A stretch of 64,000 nt of DNA from a virus (IMGVR_UViG_3300015262_000003:39242-103241); one strand, 5' to 3'. Shown: positions 53,609 to 63,502, counted from the stretch's first letter. A program made the numbers and translations. Notes: generated from the letters alone by a model not told the origin.

Positions 53609-54311
53609 TAGTAATCTCCATAAATGCAATCTTGTCACGAAAGAAACTACCAACGTCGCAGTGCCAAACATTACCAAGCACTTCAACTTCTCCTGATTCA
53701 GTTGGGTTATGACCAACATACACACGATCAATACCTTTGACGATTGATGTATCTCGATCACGGTAGCTATCACGTGTCCATTGAGCAGCGCTATATCCAT
53801 TCCACTCTAATTCAGCATTAGTGATGTTCGTGAATTGATCCCAATCACGATATGGAACAGCGGCATGCACGATACCAACTTTCTCATTAGGAAGCAGTAG
53901 TTCAATTGCCAATGGAAGGTCTTTAAACGTTTGATAGATCACTTTAGCGTGACCAACTGAAACATCTTTAATCCAATCACCACCATTATTCAAAAGGCAA
54001 TTGGTATTCGGACCATTCCACTCTTCATCATAAGCATCGATAAAGATTTGTTCATGATTTCCCCGAATACAATGAATCCAAGGTTCGTCCAAATAGTCCA
54101 ATACATACTTACTGTCTGGTCCTCTATCACACATGTCACCACCCAAGAACATCAAGTCTTTAGTGGTATCAAATGCATTAATTGCCAGTTGCTCATGTAA
54201 AAGATCATAGCAACCATGTAGGTCAGTTGCAAAGAAGATCCTACCTTCAAACAATCTTAGATCAAATTGCTTAATATGATTACATGATCCAATCATTTTA
54301 ACATTCATCAC
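53595..54311 (-). CDS. serine/threonine protein phosphatase (lambda-PPase-type metallophosphoesterase)
   Basis: 238 aa; DLHGC, GDMCDRGPDS, GNHE motifs. Confidence 0.8.
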   Translation of the reverse strand: MMNVKMIGSCNHIKQFDLRLFEGRIFFATDLHGCYDLLHEQLAINAFDTTKDLMFLGGDMCDRGPDSKYVLDYLDEPWIHCIRGNHEQIFIDAYDEEWNGPNTNCLLNNGGDWIKDVSVGHAKVIYQTFKDLPLAIELLLPNEKVGIVHAAVPYRDWDQFTNITNAELEWNGYSAAQWTRDSYRDRDTSIVKGIDRVYVGHNPTESGEVEVLGNVWHCDVGSFFRDKIAFMEITNGRA

Positions 54312-54718
54312 TCTTCATACCTCTCAACAAATACAGAATGCTTCTTTAGAAACTCCACACCACTCATATCACGATATTCCTCATCATATACAATGTGGGC
54401 AACACCAGCTTGGTACATTTGCTTACTACAATGCATACAAGGGCTTAATGTTACAACCACTGTACTACCTTTGAGTGAAATACCTTCTCTCGCCGCCTTC
54501 GCAACAAGATTTGATTCACAATGCAGCACCTCTGGAAGTGTAACACCATCAGAGTCTTCACAGTTGTTGTGATCACCGATTGGAGTACCATTCCAAGAAT
54601 AAATCACGATGTCTTGTGGTGTAATTGCGATTCCACCCACTTGTTTCCTCTTTGCATATGAAAGTTTAGCAAATGCTCTTGCTGTTTCCATATATGGCTT
54701 GATCATCTTATGTTTCAT
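54308..54718 (-). CDS. dCMP (deoxycytidylate) deaminase
   Basis: 136 aa; HCESNL and SPCMHCSKQM zinc-binding CDA motifs. Confidence 0.8.
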   Translation of the reverse strand: MKHKMIKPYMETARAFAKLSYAKRKQVGGIAITPQDIVIYSWNGTPIGDHNNCEDSDGVTLPEVLHCESNLVAKAAREGISLKGSTVVVTLSPCMHCSKQMYQAGVAHIVYDEEYRDMSGVEFLKKHSVFVERYEE

Positions 54719-55171
54719 CTAATCTCCATTCAATTTGATATTGTCAAGCTTCCTCAAGTCCTTTCGTTGTGGACCACAAACCCATTCACACCAAGTTGTA
54801 TGCCCCTGTGTAACTTCACCACGTAGTTCTTTAAACTCATCACCCCAAGGACCAGTGAATAACAATGTCCAACACCCTTCACTCTTTGTAATTCGATGAT
54901 AGTTATCTCGTGGAATGAACAGCAACCTTTCACGACTTCTTGAAAGCTTAACTATCACACCTTTGTCAATAACTTCTTCAGTATAGTCACCTTTGATAAG
55001 GAAACTAAATGCATTGAATGCGTGAGTGTGGAATCTGTCTTGACTACCACTTGTTTTATGGAAGTGGAACAATTTGATACTGAACCACTTCTTATATTCA
55101 AGAAGAGTCCATTCAGTTACTGGTTGTTCCCCAAGGTTGATCTTCTTCTTCTTGAATATAACTATCTTCAT
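54719..55171 (-). CDS. hypothetical protein (His-rich, possible cupin-like)
   Basis: 150 aa. Confidence 0.4.
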   Translation of the reverse strand: MKIVIFKKKKINLGEQPVTEWTLLEYKKWFSIKLFHFHKTSGSQDRFHTHAFNAFSFLIKGDYTEEVIDKGVIVKLSRSRERLLFIPRDNYHRITKSEGCWTLLFTGPWGDEFKELRGEVTQGHTTWCEWVCGPQRKDLRKLDNIKLNGD

Positions 55172-55422
55172 TACTCACCCTTAAACGATTTACGAATAGA
55201 TTTATAAAGTGGTAATGGCCATGCAATCAGGAATACCAGAAAGATGACAATAAACACTGCTTTGTCAAATGTATTACGACCAACAAACTCTTCACCTTTA
55301 GCAAGTGCAGAAGTTGTGTAGTTTGCATACCAAAGAGGTAGACTCTCTTTGAACTTACTCACATTGAACACAAACACCATCAGTAGTGCACCAAGTGCCA
55401 TCCAAGTTAAAACACCAATCAC
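55171..55422 (-). CDS. small membrane protein (2 TM)
   Basis: 83 aa; two hydrophobic helices. Confidence 0.5.
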   Translation of the reverse strand: MIGVLTWMALGALLMVFVFNVSKFKESLPLWYANYTTSALAKGEEFVGRNTFDKAVFIVIFLVFLIAWPLPLYKSIRKSFKGE

Positions 55423-55859
55423 AAGCCACCTCCATACTGGTAACGATCTTGTTCGGTCATGAATTCAATGATATTAGATTGAATAACCAAACCCTCTTTA
55501 CGTGTTGCTTGCCCTTTAACTTGACGCACAATCTTACACGAGCCAGCGAACATCAGTTCAATCATTGTACGACCTTCAGCATCTTCTCGATTCAAGAATT
55601 CACCGAAAGTTTCACAGCTGAGCGACTTCACATACTCAAATACGTTCTCAGCACTCTTATTGTGCATCCCAATCATACTTTTAACAGATACATACTCAAC
55701 ACCGGCTGATTGGAAGCGAGGTTGTTTAAATCGTCGGATACGATTCTTAGTATCAGTCACAACTTCATAACCCATCGCTGCTGCAAATCGAACCAGACTT
55801 TCTTTCTGAAGGTTCTGAGTGTCAATCGCGTCATTGATATCCAAAATATTACAGTTCAT
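55419..55859 (-). CDS. hypothetical protein
   Basis: 146 aa. Confidence 0.45.
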   Translation of the reverse strand: MNCNILDINDAIDTQNLQKESLVRFAAAMGYEVVTDTKNRIRRFKQPRFQSAGVEYVSVKSMIGMHNKSAENVFEYVKSLSCETFGEFLNREDAEGRTMIELMFAGSCKIVRQVKGQATRKEGLVIQSNIIEFMTEQDRYQYGGGL

Positions 55860-55869
55860 TTAATCTCTC

Positions 55870-56091
55870 CTAAAGATAGTTTGTTTCTAGATTGATTAAC
55901 GCTTCAATCAAGTCAAGCACTTCTGATTGATAAACAACCTTTCGTTGTCCACCCATTCGATCACTACCAATAAGAATGGCTTTATTCTGGATTGACTCAA
56001 CTGTTACTTCAACAAAATCACCATCTGTTCCGTAGTAAATCTTCTTAATTACATCAATCATCATTTCTTCCTCGTCGCTGTCCCGGTACAA
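55870..56091 (-). CDS. hypothetical protein
   Basis: 73 aa. Confidence 0.4.
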   Translation of the reverse strand: MYRDSDEEEMMIDVIKKIYYGTDGDFVEVTVESIQNKAILIGSDRMGGQRKVVYQSEVLDLIEALINLETNYL

Positions 56092-56333
56092 CTCAATGCA
56101 CCAGATTCACTTTTAGATTTGGTCTTCTGAAGCTTACTTGCTACAACAGCGTATCGACCTTTACCGAAGTGTTCATCTACCCACTCTTGCGCGACTGCGC
56201 GTTTAGCTGTGTGGATGAAGTAGTAATCACCCATTGCACTTCGAATGAAGAATGTACTCGGTGGAATAAACTCATAGTCGGTATAAGTTTCAAAGTCAAC
56301 AACAGTAAATTTTAGCTTCTTTAGATCAGTCAT
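56061..56333 (-). CDS. hypothetical protein
   Basis: 90 aa. Confidence 0.4.
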   Translation of the reverse strand: MTDLKKLKFTVVDFETYTDYEFIPPSTFFIRSAMGDYYFIHTAKRAVAQEWVDEHFGKGRYAVVASKLQKTKSKSESGALSCTGTATRKK

Positions 56334-56336
56334 TCA

Positions 56337-56498
56337 GAAAATCTCATCAAATACAGTTTCCAGTTCTTCAACTGTCAAATCTTCAATCATATTCAGTCGA
56401 TCAACGATTTCAAACTCAAACGCTGTAAACATCTTGTCAGTATAACCAACTTCTTTTGCTTTGACTTTCAAATACTCAATACCATCTTTAATCTTCAA
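56337..56498 (-). CDS. hypothetical protein (54 aa, TTG start, not in ORF track)
   Basis: manual: (M)KIKDGIEYLKVKAKEVGYTDKMFTAFEFEIVDRLNMIEDLTVEELETVFDEIF; SD GGGGAG. Confidence 0.3.
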
Positions 56499-56729
56499 TT
56501 ATTTACTCCCCAATAATGCAATTGCTTTATGTTTACCTTGAGTCCAGTATTCATTTTCTGGATCACCTTCATTAATCTCATCTTCGTCTACATACCACTG
56601 AAGCATTTCTTTCAAAGCGCGAATGTGACCTGTTGCATCACTATGAAGATCAAAGAACATGTCGTCATCCAAACCACCACGAGCAACATAATCTTCAATT
56701 TCTTGAACTGACATATTAAGATAGCTCAC
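56499..56729 (-). CDS. hypothetical protein
   Basis: 76 aa. Confidence 0.4.
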   Translation of the reverse strand: MSYLNMSVQEIEDYVARGGLDDDMFFDLHSDATGHIRALKEMLQWYVDEDEINEGDPENEYWTQGKHKAIALLGSK

Positions 56730-56959
56730 AGACCATATTCCTCTTTCAACTCGTCAACTAGATCATCAGCGTGGCGGTTATTAAGTGCCTCAAACAGTTT
56801 ATGAATCAGTTCATCATACCTTTTGACAACACCTATCGAGTCTACTTTCCCTTCACTGTATCCATCTTTAAAAGCATAAACTTCACCTTCAGAATAATAA
56901 CCAAGAAGCTCTGAATTGCTTGGTGCTTTAAGTTCAAGAATCTTACTAACAATACTCAT
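56726..56959 (-). CDS. hypothetical protein
   Basis: 77 aa. Confidence 0.4.
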   Translation of the reverse strand: MSIVSKILELKAPSNSELLGYYSEGEVYAFKDGYSEGKVDSIGVVKRYDELIHKLFEALNNRHADDLVDELKEEYGL

Positions 56960-57153
56960 TATTCCATCTCCATCTTATTAACTTCAAGGAACTCAGGATG
57001 AGCAGCTAATGTGAAATTTGTCCAAGTATATCTCCAGTACCCATCGTGCAGATTATAATCTTCGAAGTATACACCAGCACTACCACCCTTTGCAATTGGT
57101 TTAAGACTACCAATTGCATCAAGTTTAGATTGCCAACTTACGATAGCTCCCAT
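56959..57153 (-). CDS. hypothetical protein
   Basis: 64 aa. Confidence 0.4.
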   Translation of the reverse strand: MGAIVSWQSKLDAIGSLKPIAKGGSAGVYFEDYNLHDGYWRYTWTNFTLAAHPEFLEVNKMEME

Positions 57154-57156
57154 TAT

Positions 57157-57432
57157 TTATTCCCAACCGTAAATATACTGAGGTTCTGTCATCAATGCAA
57201 GGTCTTCACGAAGAGAAGTTTCAAGATTAATAGTGACAGCTTCATCAAGATCGTAGAATTGACGTGCATCTAGAATACCGTCGCTTACGAGTTTAACCTC
57301 TTCCAGAGTGAAATCAAATGTTTCATTGTGTGGATAACCACAAACAACACTCAGCACTTCAATCGCTTGTTCTGGTGTGTAGGCAGCCACAACATCACAG
57401 TCACCAACTTGGTACGCTTTCAATTCAGACAT
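57157..57432 (-). CDS. hypothetical protein
   Basis: 91 aa. Confidence 0.4.
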   Translation of the reverse strand: MSELKAYQVGDCDVVAAYTPEQAIEVLSVVCGYPHNETFDFTLEEVKLVSDGILDARQFYDLDEAVTINLETSLREDLALMTEPQYIYGWE

Positions 57433-57829
57433 CTTTCACCTCTTTATATTTATTGACAAACCAGCATAATTGATCATCTAGAAGAATATCACCAACTTCA
57501 GATGCATTCATTAGAGCTTTTATAGCGACATATGCATCTATATGACGATCATAACACCAAAAGACTAATGTTTCTATCTCTTCTTTCTCTAAAACTTCGT
57601 GAAGGATTTCATCCCAACTACCGAACATTTGAATTCGTTTACGAGCAAACTCATATGGTGTCTTGTTCTTACTGCTAAACTTTGTAAACCAACTTCCATT
57701 AGTGTAATACTTATCGTAATAAAGCTCAATACCTTTGTCACGGATCACTTCACCTTGATCATACTTATCTCGCCAGTTAGTAAGTGCAGATTTAATATCA
57801 GCAACACTTACATTTGTATAACCTTTCAT
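57425..57829 (-). CDS. hypothetical protein
   Basis: 134 aa. Confidence 0.45.
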   Translation of the reverse strand: MKGYTNVSVADIKSALTNWRDKYDQGEVIRDKGIELYYDKYYTNGSWFTKFSSKNKTPYEFARKRIQMFGSWDEILHEVLEKEEIETLVFWCYDRHIDAYVAIKALMNASEVGDILLDDQLCWFVNKYKEVKDV

Positions 57830-58188
57830 TTATTCAACCCTTTAAGTTCATAAGCATATTCAAGTAGCCACCCACAAATACCAACAGCACCAGCATTTGG
57901 GTTAGCATCACTAATTTCACTAAGTGTGCGTGCACCTACAACATCTCTCACCCAAACATTAATGTCAACACCTAATTTACGAGCAAGACGTTTTACATGT
58001 TTGTGTTCTGAGGCTTGAGCAACTGATTGTGGCATACGAACACCCATTTCAGAAGCGATTGTACGCCAATGATCTTCATCTGTAAAGGTGATGATATTAC
58101 CAGACGCATCTTTCTTTGCTTGTTTAGAGAGTCGGGCTTTCTCAAGCATTTCAACCCGTTGTTCTGGTGTCAGTGTTGGTAAACTCAT
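57826..58188 (-). CDS. hypothetical protein
   Basis: 120 aa. Confidence 0.45.
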   Translation of the reverse strand: MSLPTLTPEQRVEMLEKARLSKQAKKDASGNIITFTDEDHWRTIASEMGVRMPQSVAQASEHKHVKRLARKLGVDINVWVRDVVGARTLSEISDANPNAGAVGICGWLLEYAYELKGLNK

Positions 58189-58490
58189 ACTTCTCTCCCT
58201 AAAAGATTAATTGCCAAATTAATGAAGTTAGTGTATTCTGCTTCATTTCTTTCTATTACTTCAGCTTCAGAAACTGAGTATCGAATTTCACTGCGAATAT
58301 AATCATTAAACCATTGCAATAGATGATTTTCATCAGAGATGATTTCCTGATAAAGTTCCTCTATCGTTTTTGGAAACGCAATATCATCTTCACATTGCCA
58401 CTGAATTGCTGTAGCAGCATAATCATTCGCAATCTGTTCTTTGGACCACCTATATGTAATACCAAAGTTTGTCTTTACTATAAACTCCAT
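58185..58490 (-). CDS. hypothetical protein
   Basis: 101 aa. Confidence 0.45.
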   Translation of the reverse strand: MEFIVKTNFGITYRWSKEQIANDYAATAIQWQCEDDIAFPKTIEELYQEIISDENHLLQWFNDYIRSEIRYSVSEAEVIERNEAEYTNFINLAINLLGREV

Positions 58491-58583
58491 ATTCTCCCCT
58501 TAAATTAACACTCAAATCAATAATACATAGTACCCTGTGGGGTAGCCTAAGTCAATAGACGATCGTTGATTTGAGTGTGTATA

Positions 58584-59138
58584 TTAGCAGTAACGATAGT
58601 GGTTTGGTTGATTATTCGATTGATGATACAACCTTTCACGCAAAACTTCAAGGTTAATTGGAGTCATGTCAATATTTTCCATCGAAACGTTGAAATAACG
58701 AGGATCATCAATTGTTTTATCATGAACATGTCCGTGTACATTCACTTTACCACGAAGTTCATCAGGATGCATTGGTGGATGGCTCAGCCAGAACTCTTTA
58801 TACCTACGGAAAGCATAAACCTCATCATATGTATCACACAAATCACGCATCTTAATACCACGTTCAAGGTCATGATTACCAACAATCAATACTTTCTTAG
58901 CAGCTGTCCAAGTTTTAATCTCAGCAAGCGCTTCGTGCGTGAAGGCGATATCACCAAGGAAGAATACAATATCTCTCTTAGTAACTACGTTGTGATAGTT
59001 TTCTTTAATGATAGAATCGTGTTCTTCATTAGATGCGAAGTTTCGATAAGTGTGAATGTTCTTATGTCCACGATGTACATCTGCCAGCAGCCATGATGTT
59101 GCCAATCTATTTAATCTCCATATGGAAGCGACATTCAT
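58584..59138 (-). CDS. metallophosphoesterase (calcineurin-like MPP superfamily)
   Basis: 184 aa; DVHRG, GDIAF, GNHD, HGHVHD metal-binding motifs. Confidence 0.7.
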   Translation of the reverse strand: MNVASIWRLNRLATSWLLADVHRGHKNIHTYRNFASNEEHDSIIKENYHNVVTKRDIVFFLGDIAFTHEALAEIKTWTAAKKVLIVGNHDLERGIKMRDLCDTYDEVYAFRRYKEFWLSHPPMHPDELRGKVNVHGHVHDKTIDDPRYFNVSMENIDMTPINLEVLRERLYHQSNNQPNHYRYC

Positions 59139-59278
59139 CTACAACTTTAATAGATGTAGACATATTTAAGTAAGATTGATACTTAGCTTTTGGTGGTTGT
59201 GTAAACCTCAAACAAGTTTCAGCCTTCTTACAGTTTGTACCGGGACATTTACTGATATCTTTCATTTCATTCTCCACA

Positions 59279-59305
59279 AATTAGAAAGCCCCACCGAAGT
59301 GGGGC
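59279..59305 (-). terminator. probable rho-independent terminator after the NAMPT-like gene (GCCCCAC-TTCG-GTGGGGC + TTTCT on the minus strand)
   Basis: seen directly. Confidence 0.5.
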
Positions 59306-59309
59306 GATT

Positions 59310-59473
59310 CATTAACGTTCCTCTAACTGAGAAACTCTGTTTTGTAGCTCAGCCAATTGATCACGTAATTCTTTCACATCCTTACCAACTAGGAGGCTGA
59401 ATTGTACTACATATTCACGCATCTTATCAATACGTTTATGTAATTGATTAAATGCTTCTTCAATACCAAACAT
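59310..59473 (-). CDS. hypothetical coiled-coil protein (54 aa, not in ORF track)
   Basis: manual: MFGIEEAFNQLHKRIDKMREYVVQFSLLVGKDVKELRDQLAELQNRVSQLEER; TAATG junction with the upstream gene. Confidence 0.35.
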
Positions 59474-61191
59474 TACAACTTTGCTCGGATTACGTCTAGA
59501 GTTGTAAGGTTCATAAAGATACCATCTTTGAATCGAACAGTCAATTCATTAAACTCAGATGATTCTTCCTGATCACAAGATACGTTGTCCTTAAGATAGT
59601 AATCACCTTTCAAATCTTTACCAACAAACAACAAACCTTTTGCTGATTTCTTATTACTGTCAGTCTTCGGATCTTTGAAGATTGGAATAGCTTTAGCATT
59701 AACTTCAGTGTAAGTTGCCTTGACAGCGAAGCCAAATGTATCACGTGTTACACACTGATATGTAAAGCTACCAATACCAAACACAGTATTACCAGATGCA
59801 AAGTTCTTATCGAACAAACGTTGCAGAATAGTAAGGCAGCGAGTGGTTGTAATCGAGTCACCATAGATCAAACCAATGTGGCCATCCATCAACTTATGAC
59901 CGGTAGAAGTCTCAGTGTAGCCGAAGATATCCATCAATACTTCAACCGCACCTTTCTGTTCTACAACACTAACCTCTTCATCTAGAAAATACCCATCAGC
60001 ATAACCCTCATAACTGTCATGTGTCATTGTGAATTTGTATAACTTACCACCTTCTTCAATTACATCATACTCATCTGAATCCATATCAGACAATGTAGCA
60101 CCTTCTGGAACCTTACGCAGTCCACAAAGCACTTCAACAGGATCACCAGAATCTGGACGAATAACCAAACGACCCGGCGTAATACCATTCGATTGACGAC
60201 GCATGATAACGTCTTTCATGTATGGTAGACCACGAGAAATCAAACCGTAGAAATCAAAACTGTCAGCTACATACGACAAGATACCAGTTGGAAACTTCAG
60301 CATCAGTTCGTACATGAACATGATTTCAGCGATCAGACGTAGGTCTTCACCGTTTGCTTCCATCGCAAGTTGAATATCACTTTGTTCTTTATTCTTGAAC
60401 TCATACTCACAATTTGCAAGCTCTTCTTCAATTCGCAGAATGTTACTTGTGCTTACAGCGTGTTCAGTTGCCGGAACAGTTGCTGCTACGAAATCCCCAG
60501 CACCGTAGTAATCCTGAGCATAAATAACCGCGCCGAGTGTATCAGTACCAAGGAAGCTACTAATGTGACCCAAACCACTACGTGCAGCATCTTCAGGACC
60601 AGACATACCACGAGCCGAAAAGTCATGCGCTTGAAACAGTACACTTTCAACAGGAGTGCCTGTACGAATTGCAAAGTCCGTCAACATTGCTTTATATTCA
60701 GCAGCAATGGTTGCACAGGTACTTGTCTTCCACGTCAAATCACTGATCGTGGTTTCAAGGAAGTTCACCAACCAATAAGCGTGCTTAACAGTGTTGCGAA
60801 CTGTCAGAACAGGAATACCCATTGGAACCTTACTACCTTCGTCCAGAGTTTTAACTTCAAGAGGAAGATACCCAAGTTTATGCAGTGCAGTCAATTGTTC
60901 AACAGTAACTACATCTTTACCAACATAGTTATCACACAGCAGTTTGAATCGGGCAATTGCAATACCAAGATCCATTTTAAAGAACTTGTCCCAACTCTCA
61001 ACGATTTCAAGGAATGCACCTTGCAAACCGACAAGTACAAGACGCCCATCGTAATACTTTGTACAGCTTCGACGGTGAATCTTGTCAGAGCGAGGTGTCA
61101 AGTTGCTATATACAACTTCGGAACCTTCAGCATACATTTGACCATGAAGCAGTTTATATCCATCACTATTAAAAGCGGCAAACAAATTCAT
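59473..61191 (-). CDS. nadV: nicotinamide phosphoribosyltransferase-family protein (NadV/NAMPT-like; possibly Namat of the NARP1 pathway)
   Basis: 572 aa; length and motifs (GHISSFLGTDT, DSGD, GIGSF) fit the NAMPT family; paired with a Prs-like gene. Confidence 0.75.
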   Translation of the reverse strand: MNLFAAFNSDGYKLLHGQMYAEGSEVVYSNLTPRSDKIHRRSCTKYYDGRLVLVGLQGAFLEIVESWDKFFKMDLGIAIARFKLLCDNYVGKDVVTVEQLTALHKLGYLPLEVKTLDEGSKVPMGIPVLTVRNTVKHAYWLVNFLETTISDLTWKTSTCATIAAEYKAMLTDFAIRTGTPVESVLFQAHDFSARGMSGPEDAARSGLGHISSFLGTDTLGAVIYAQDYYGAGDFVAATVPATEHAVSTSNILRIEEELANCEYEFKNKEQSDIQLAMEANGEDLRLIAEIMFMYELMLKFPTGILSYVADSFDFYGLISRGLPYMKDVIMRRQSNGITPGRLVIRPDSGDPVEVLCGLRKVPEGATLSDMDSDEYDVIEEGGKLYKFTMTHDSYEGYADGYFLDEEVSVVEQKGAVEVLMDIFGYTETSTGHKLMDGHIGLIYGDSITTTRCLTILQRLFDKNFASGNTVFGIGSFTYQCVTRDTFGFAVKATYTEVNAKAIPIFKDPKTDSNKKSAKGLLFVGKDLKGDYYLKDNVSCDQEESSEFNELTVRFKDGIFMNLTTLDVIRAKL

Positions 61192-61349
61192 TATTTCTTC
61201 TCCTTTAATTTCTGTAGTAGTTCACAAAGTTCATCAATTTCGTCATGGAAGATTACAACAGCTTCACCACAACAATCAATAATTACATGGTCTTTACCTG
61301 ATTTAACACTTACTTCACTTGCATCTTTCAAATGATGTGGCGTGGCCAT
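61191..61349 (-). CDS. hypothetical small protein between the Prs-like and NAMPT-like genes (52 aa, not in ORF track)
   Basis: manual: MATPHHLKDASEVSVKSGKDHVIIDCCGEAVVIFHDEIDELCELLQKLKEKK; SD AAGGAGAG; stop overlaps the nadV ATG. Confidence 0.4.
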   Translation of the reverse strand: MATPHHLKDASEVSVKSGKDHVIIDCCGEAVVIFHDEIDELCELLQKLKEKK

Positions 61350-61360
61350 TATATCTCTCC

Positions 61361-62209
61361 TTAAATCTCAATTACAGTAAGACCTTCCCATTCAGGGTCA
61401 TTAAGGTCACTTCTGAAGCTGTTAGTAGTATACACATGGTCAAAGTGTTCTGCAACTACTTCAAATCCATAAGAGAAGATTCCGTGTGTAACACCCAACT
61501 CAATCTCAGCAGGATAACGACTTTTAAGAAGTTTTGCAAGCTCAATAAACGTTCTACCACCATCACAAATGTCATCTAGTACAAAAAGATTCTCTTGAAC
61601 ACTGTGTTTATCACCACCCATCAAAACCATATCGGTAATTTCACCAGTTTTCATATCACGAGTTTTCTGACAAGTGATTACACCAGCGGCACCGACACGT
61701 TTGGCGAAGTCTTCACACTTCTTAGTTGCCCCAGCATCTGGAGCTACAATTGTCCATTCACTCCAACTTGTCTTGAGGCTACCAAACAATTCAAACTGAG
61801 TAACTACTTCAACATTATTCAGTAGTGCGGTTGCAACAATACTGTGTGGATCAAATACTTGAACAACATCATATTTCAAGTTGTTAATCATATCACAGAA
61901 AACTTTCAGATTGTGCGACTCACCTTCATTACACACACGATCCTGACGCGCATATGGAAGGTATGGAATGATCAGGAAGAACTTAGCCAATGGATATCGA
62001 CGACGCAAAGCATCTGTTGCAAAGAACAAAGCCATTTGGTCTGCTGGATTTGACATATGAGCGGTAACACTCACGCGCTCAGTGTTATATCCAAATTCAT
62101 CTTCTCGCATTGGATTGATGTTCACATTGACAGAACCATCTTTGCGAACTTCCTGAGTTACATGAATCTTTGTATCTTTACCAAATAAGTTAGTTGTGTA
62201 GTGAATCAT
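61361..62209 (-). CDS. prs: ribose-phosphate pyrophosphokinase-family protein (Prs-like; possibly Adps of the NARP1 pathway)
   Basis: 282 aa; PRPP-binding loop VLDDICDGGRT and flanking motifs. Confidence 0.75.
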   Translation of the reverse strand: MIHYTTNLFGKDTKIHVTQEVRKDGSVNVNINPMREDEFGYNTERVSVTAHMSNPADQMALFFATDALRRRYPLAKFFLIIPYLPYARQDRVCNEGESHNLKVFCDMINNLKYDVVQVFDPHSIVATALLNNVEVVTQFELFGSLKTSWSEWTIVAPDAGATKKCEDFAKRVGAAGVITCQKTRDMKTGEITDMVLMGGDKHSVQENLFVLDDICDGGRTFIELAKLLKSRYPAEIELGVTHGIFSYGFEVVAEHFDHVYTTNSFRSDLNDPEWEGLTVIEI

Positions 62210-62221
62210 TTATTTCTCCTA

Positions 62222-63469
62222 TTAATCGTATGGAACAAACGTACCTTCTACAGCGTACCCTTCCCGAATCATCAATCCTACAGGAAATTGTGGAAGAAGT
62301 GTACCTTTATAACGTGTTTGGAACTTAACCTTCAACCATTTACCTTTCAGAGTACCTTTTTGTAGCAGGAATACTTTACGCTCTCCCATGTCACCCATTA
62401 CACACTGAAACGGATGATCATTCAAGTCATTTTTCAAAACAAATACAGCATTTCCTTGTTTATCTTCAACGATGTCGGTGATTAGAAACTCAGCATCCAT
62501 AAACGTTTTGAACTTCTGTAAGTCACCGCTACGTTTACCACTTTCGTATACACCTTTCTTGTTACGAACCATGTAGCCTTCAAAACCATCACGAATAGAT
62601 CGAGGATGGTGTATCTGACGAAGCTGTTCATCACTGGTGACAATATCATATTCAGTCATCTCAATAAACTCACCGAGATATTCTTTACGTTCAGCATGAA
62701 CCTCATCCATCTTACGAAGGCGTACTTCGAAATCACCATCCATTGGAATGTCAAAGATATGCATTTGAAGCATTGGACGGAGACGATGAATCAACATTGC
62801 ATCCAAATATCCCTGCTCACACTCAGCCTCATAATTTGGTCCATTCTGCTGTAATCCTGCTGCTGTGTAACTTTTTGCATGTTTCTTTTTAGCTTTGTCA
62901 ACTTCTTTCTGTGTGTCAGTACGTTTTACAGCCGACGTAATATCTTGCAGTGCATAACCGTGAACATAAATCTCACCATCAAATACTTCACCATCGTACA
63001 TGAACTCATTCAGAGCTTCTTGCAAATGTGGAACTTCATATGGTTGACCAGTGCGGGATTCAAGTCGCACTTCACCGCAATGTTTGATTGCTAGACACCG
63101 GACACCATCATACTTCACACTACCAAAGCATGGGAATTTAATTCGATGACCAACTTTGTTATAGTCACTCGCCAGCATTGGGAGTAATGATACAGATTCT
63201 AAATCAGCTTTTTCTTCACGATAGCCTTTATCTATCTGCTTCTTGATCTTACCGTTTGCTTCACTGATTGCTTGTTCAAATGGTGTACGACCTTGCTTAC
63301 CTGTGAACACCCAATCAGTCTTAGTGGTCATCTTTCCACCTTCTTGACCGTGTGATACTGAGATAAGTGGTTGAGAATATTCATGATCTACGTGATCAGC
63401 CATATAGACAGCAATGTTCCACACCTTAAACGAGCCTTTCTTATCCAAACCATAGAATGTACGATTCAT
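62222..63469 (-). CDS. ATP-dependent DNA ligase
   Basis: 415 aa; adenylation motif I KYDGVR, OB-fold region; RBS AGGAGAG. Confidence 0.8.
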   Translation of the reverse strand: MNRTFYGLDKKGSFKVWNIAVYMADHVDHEYSQPLISVSHGQEGGKMTTKTDWVFTGKQGRTPFEQAISEANGKIKKQIDKGYREEKADLESVSLLPMLASDYNKVGHRIKFPCFGSVKYDGVRCLAIKHCGEVRLESRTGQPYEVPHLQEALNEFMYDGEVFDGEIYVHGYALQDITSAVKRTDTQKEVDKAKKKHAKSYTAAGLQQNGPNYEAECEQGYLDAMLIHRLRPMLQMHIFDIPMDGDFEVRLRKMDEVHAERKEYLGEFIEMTEYDIVTSDEQLRQIHHPRSIRDGFEGYMVRNKKGVYESGKRSGDLQKFKTFMDAEFLITDIVEDKQGNAVFVLKNDLNDHPFQCVMGDMGERKVFLLQKGTLKGKWLKVKFQTRYKGTLLPQFPVGLMIREGYAVEGTFVPYD

Positions 63470-63502
63470 CTTGTTTCTCTCCTGTGTTGTGAATGTCCAG
63501 TT

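Noticed and set aside
60370-61335. 321-aa ORF on the + strand
   Set aside because: It lies antisense inside the well-supported NAMPT-like gene, has low-complexity Cys/Ser/Thr-rich composition and no RBS; shadow ORF.
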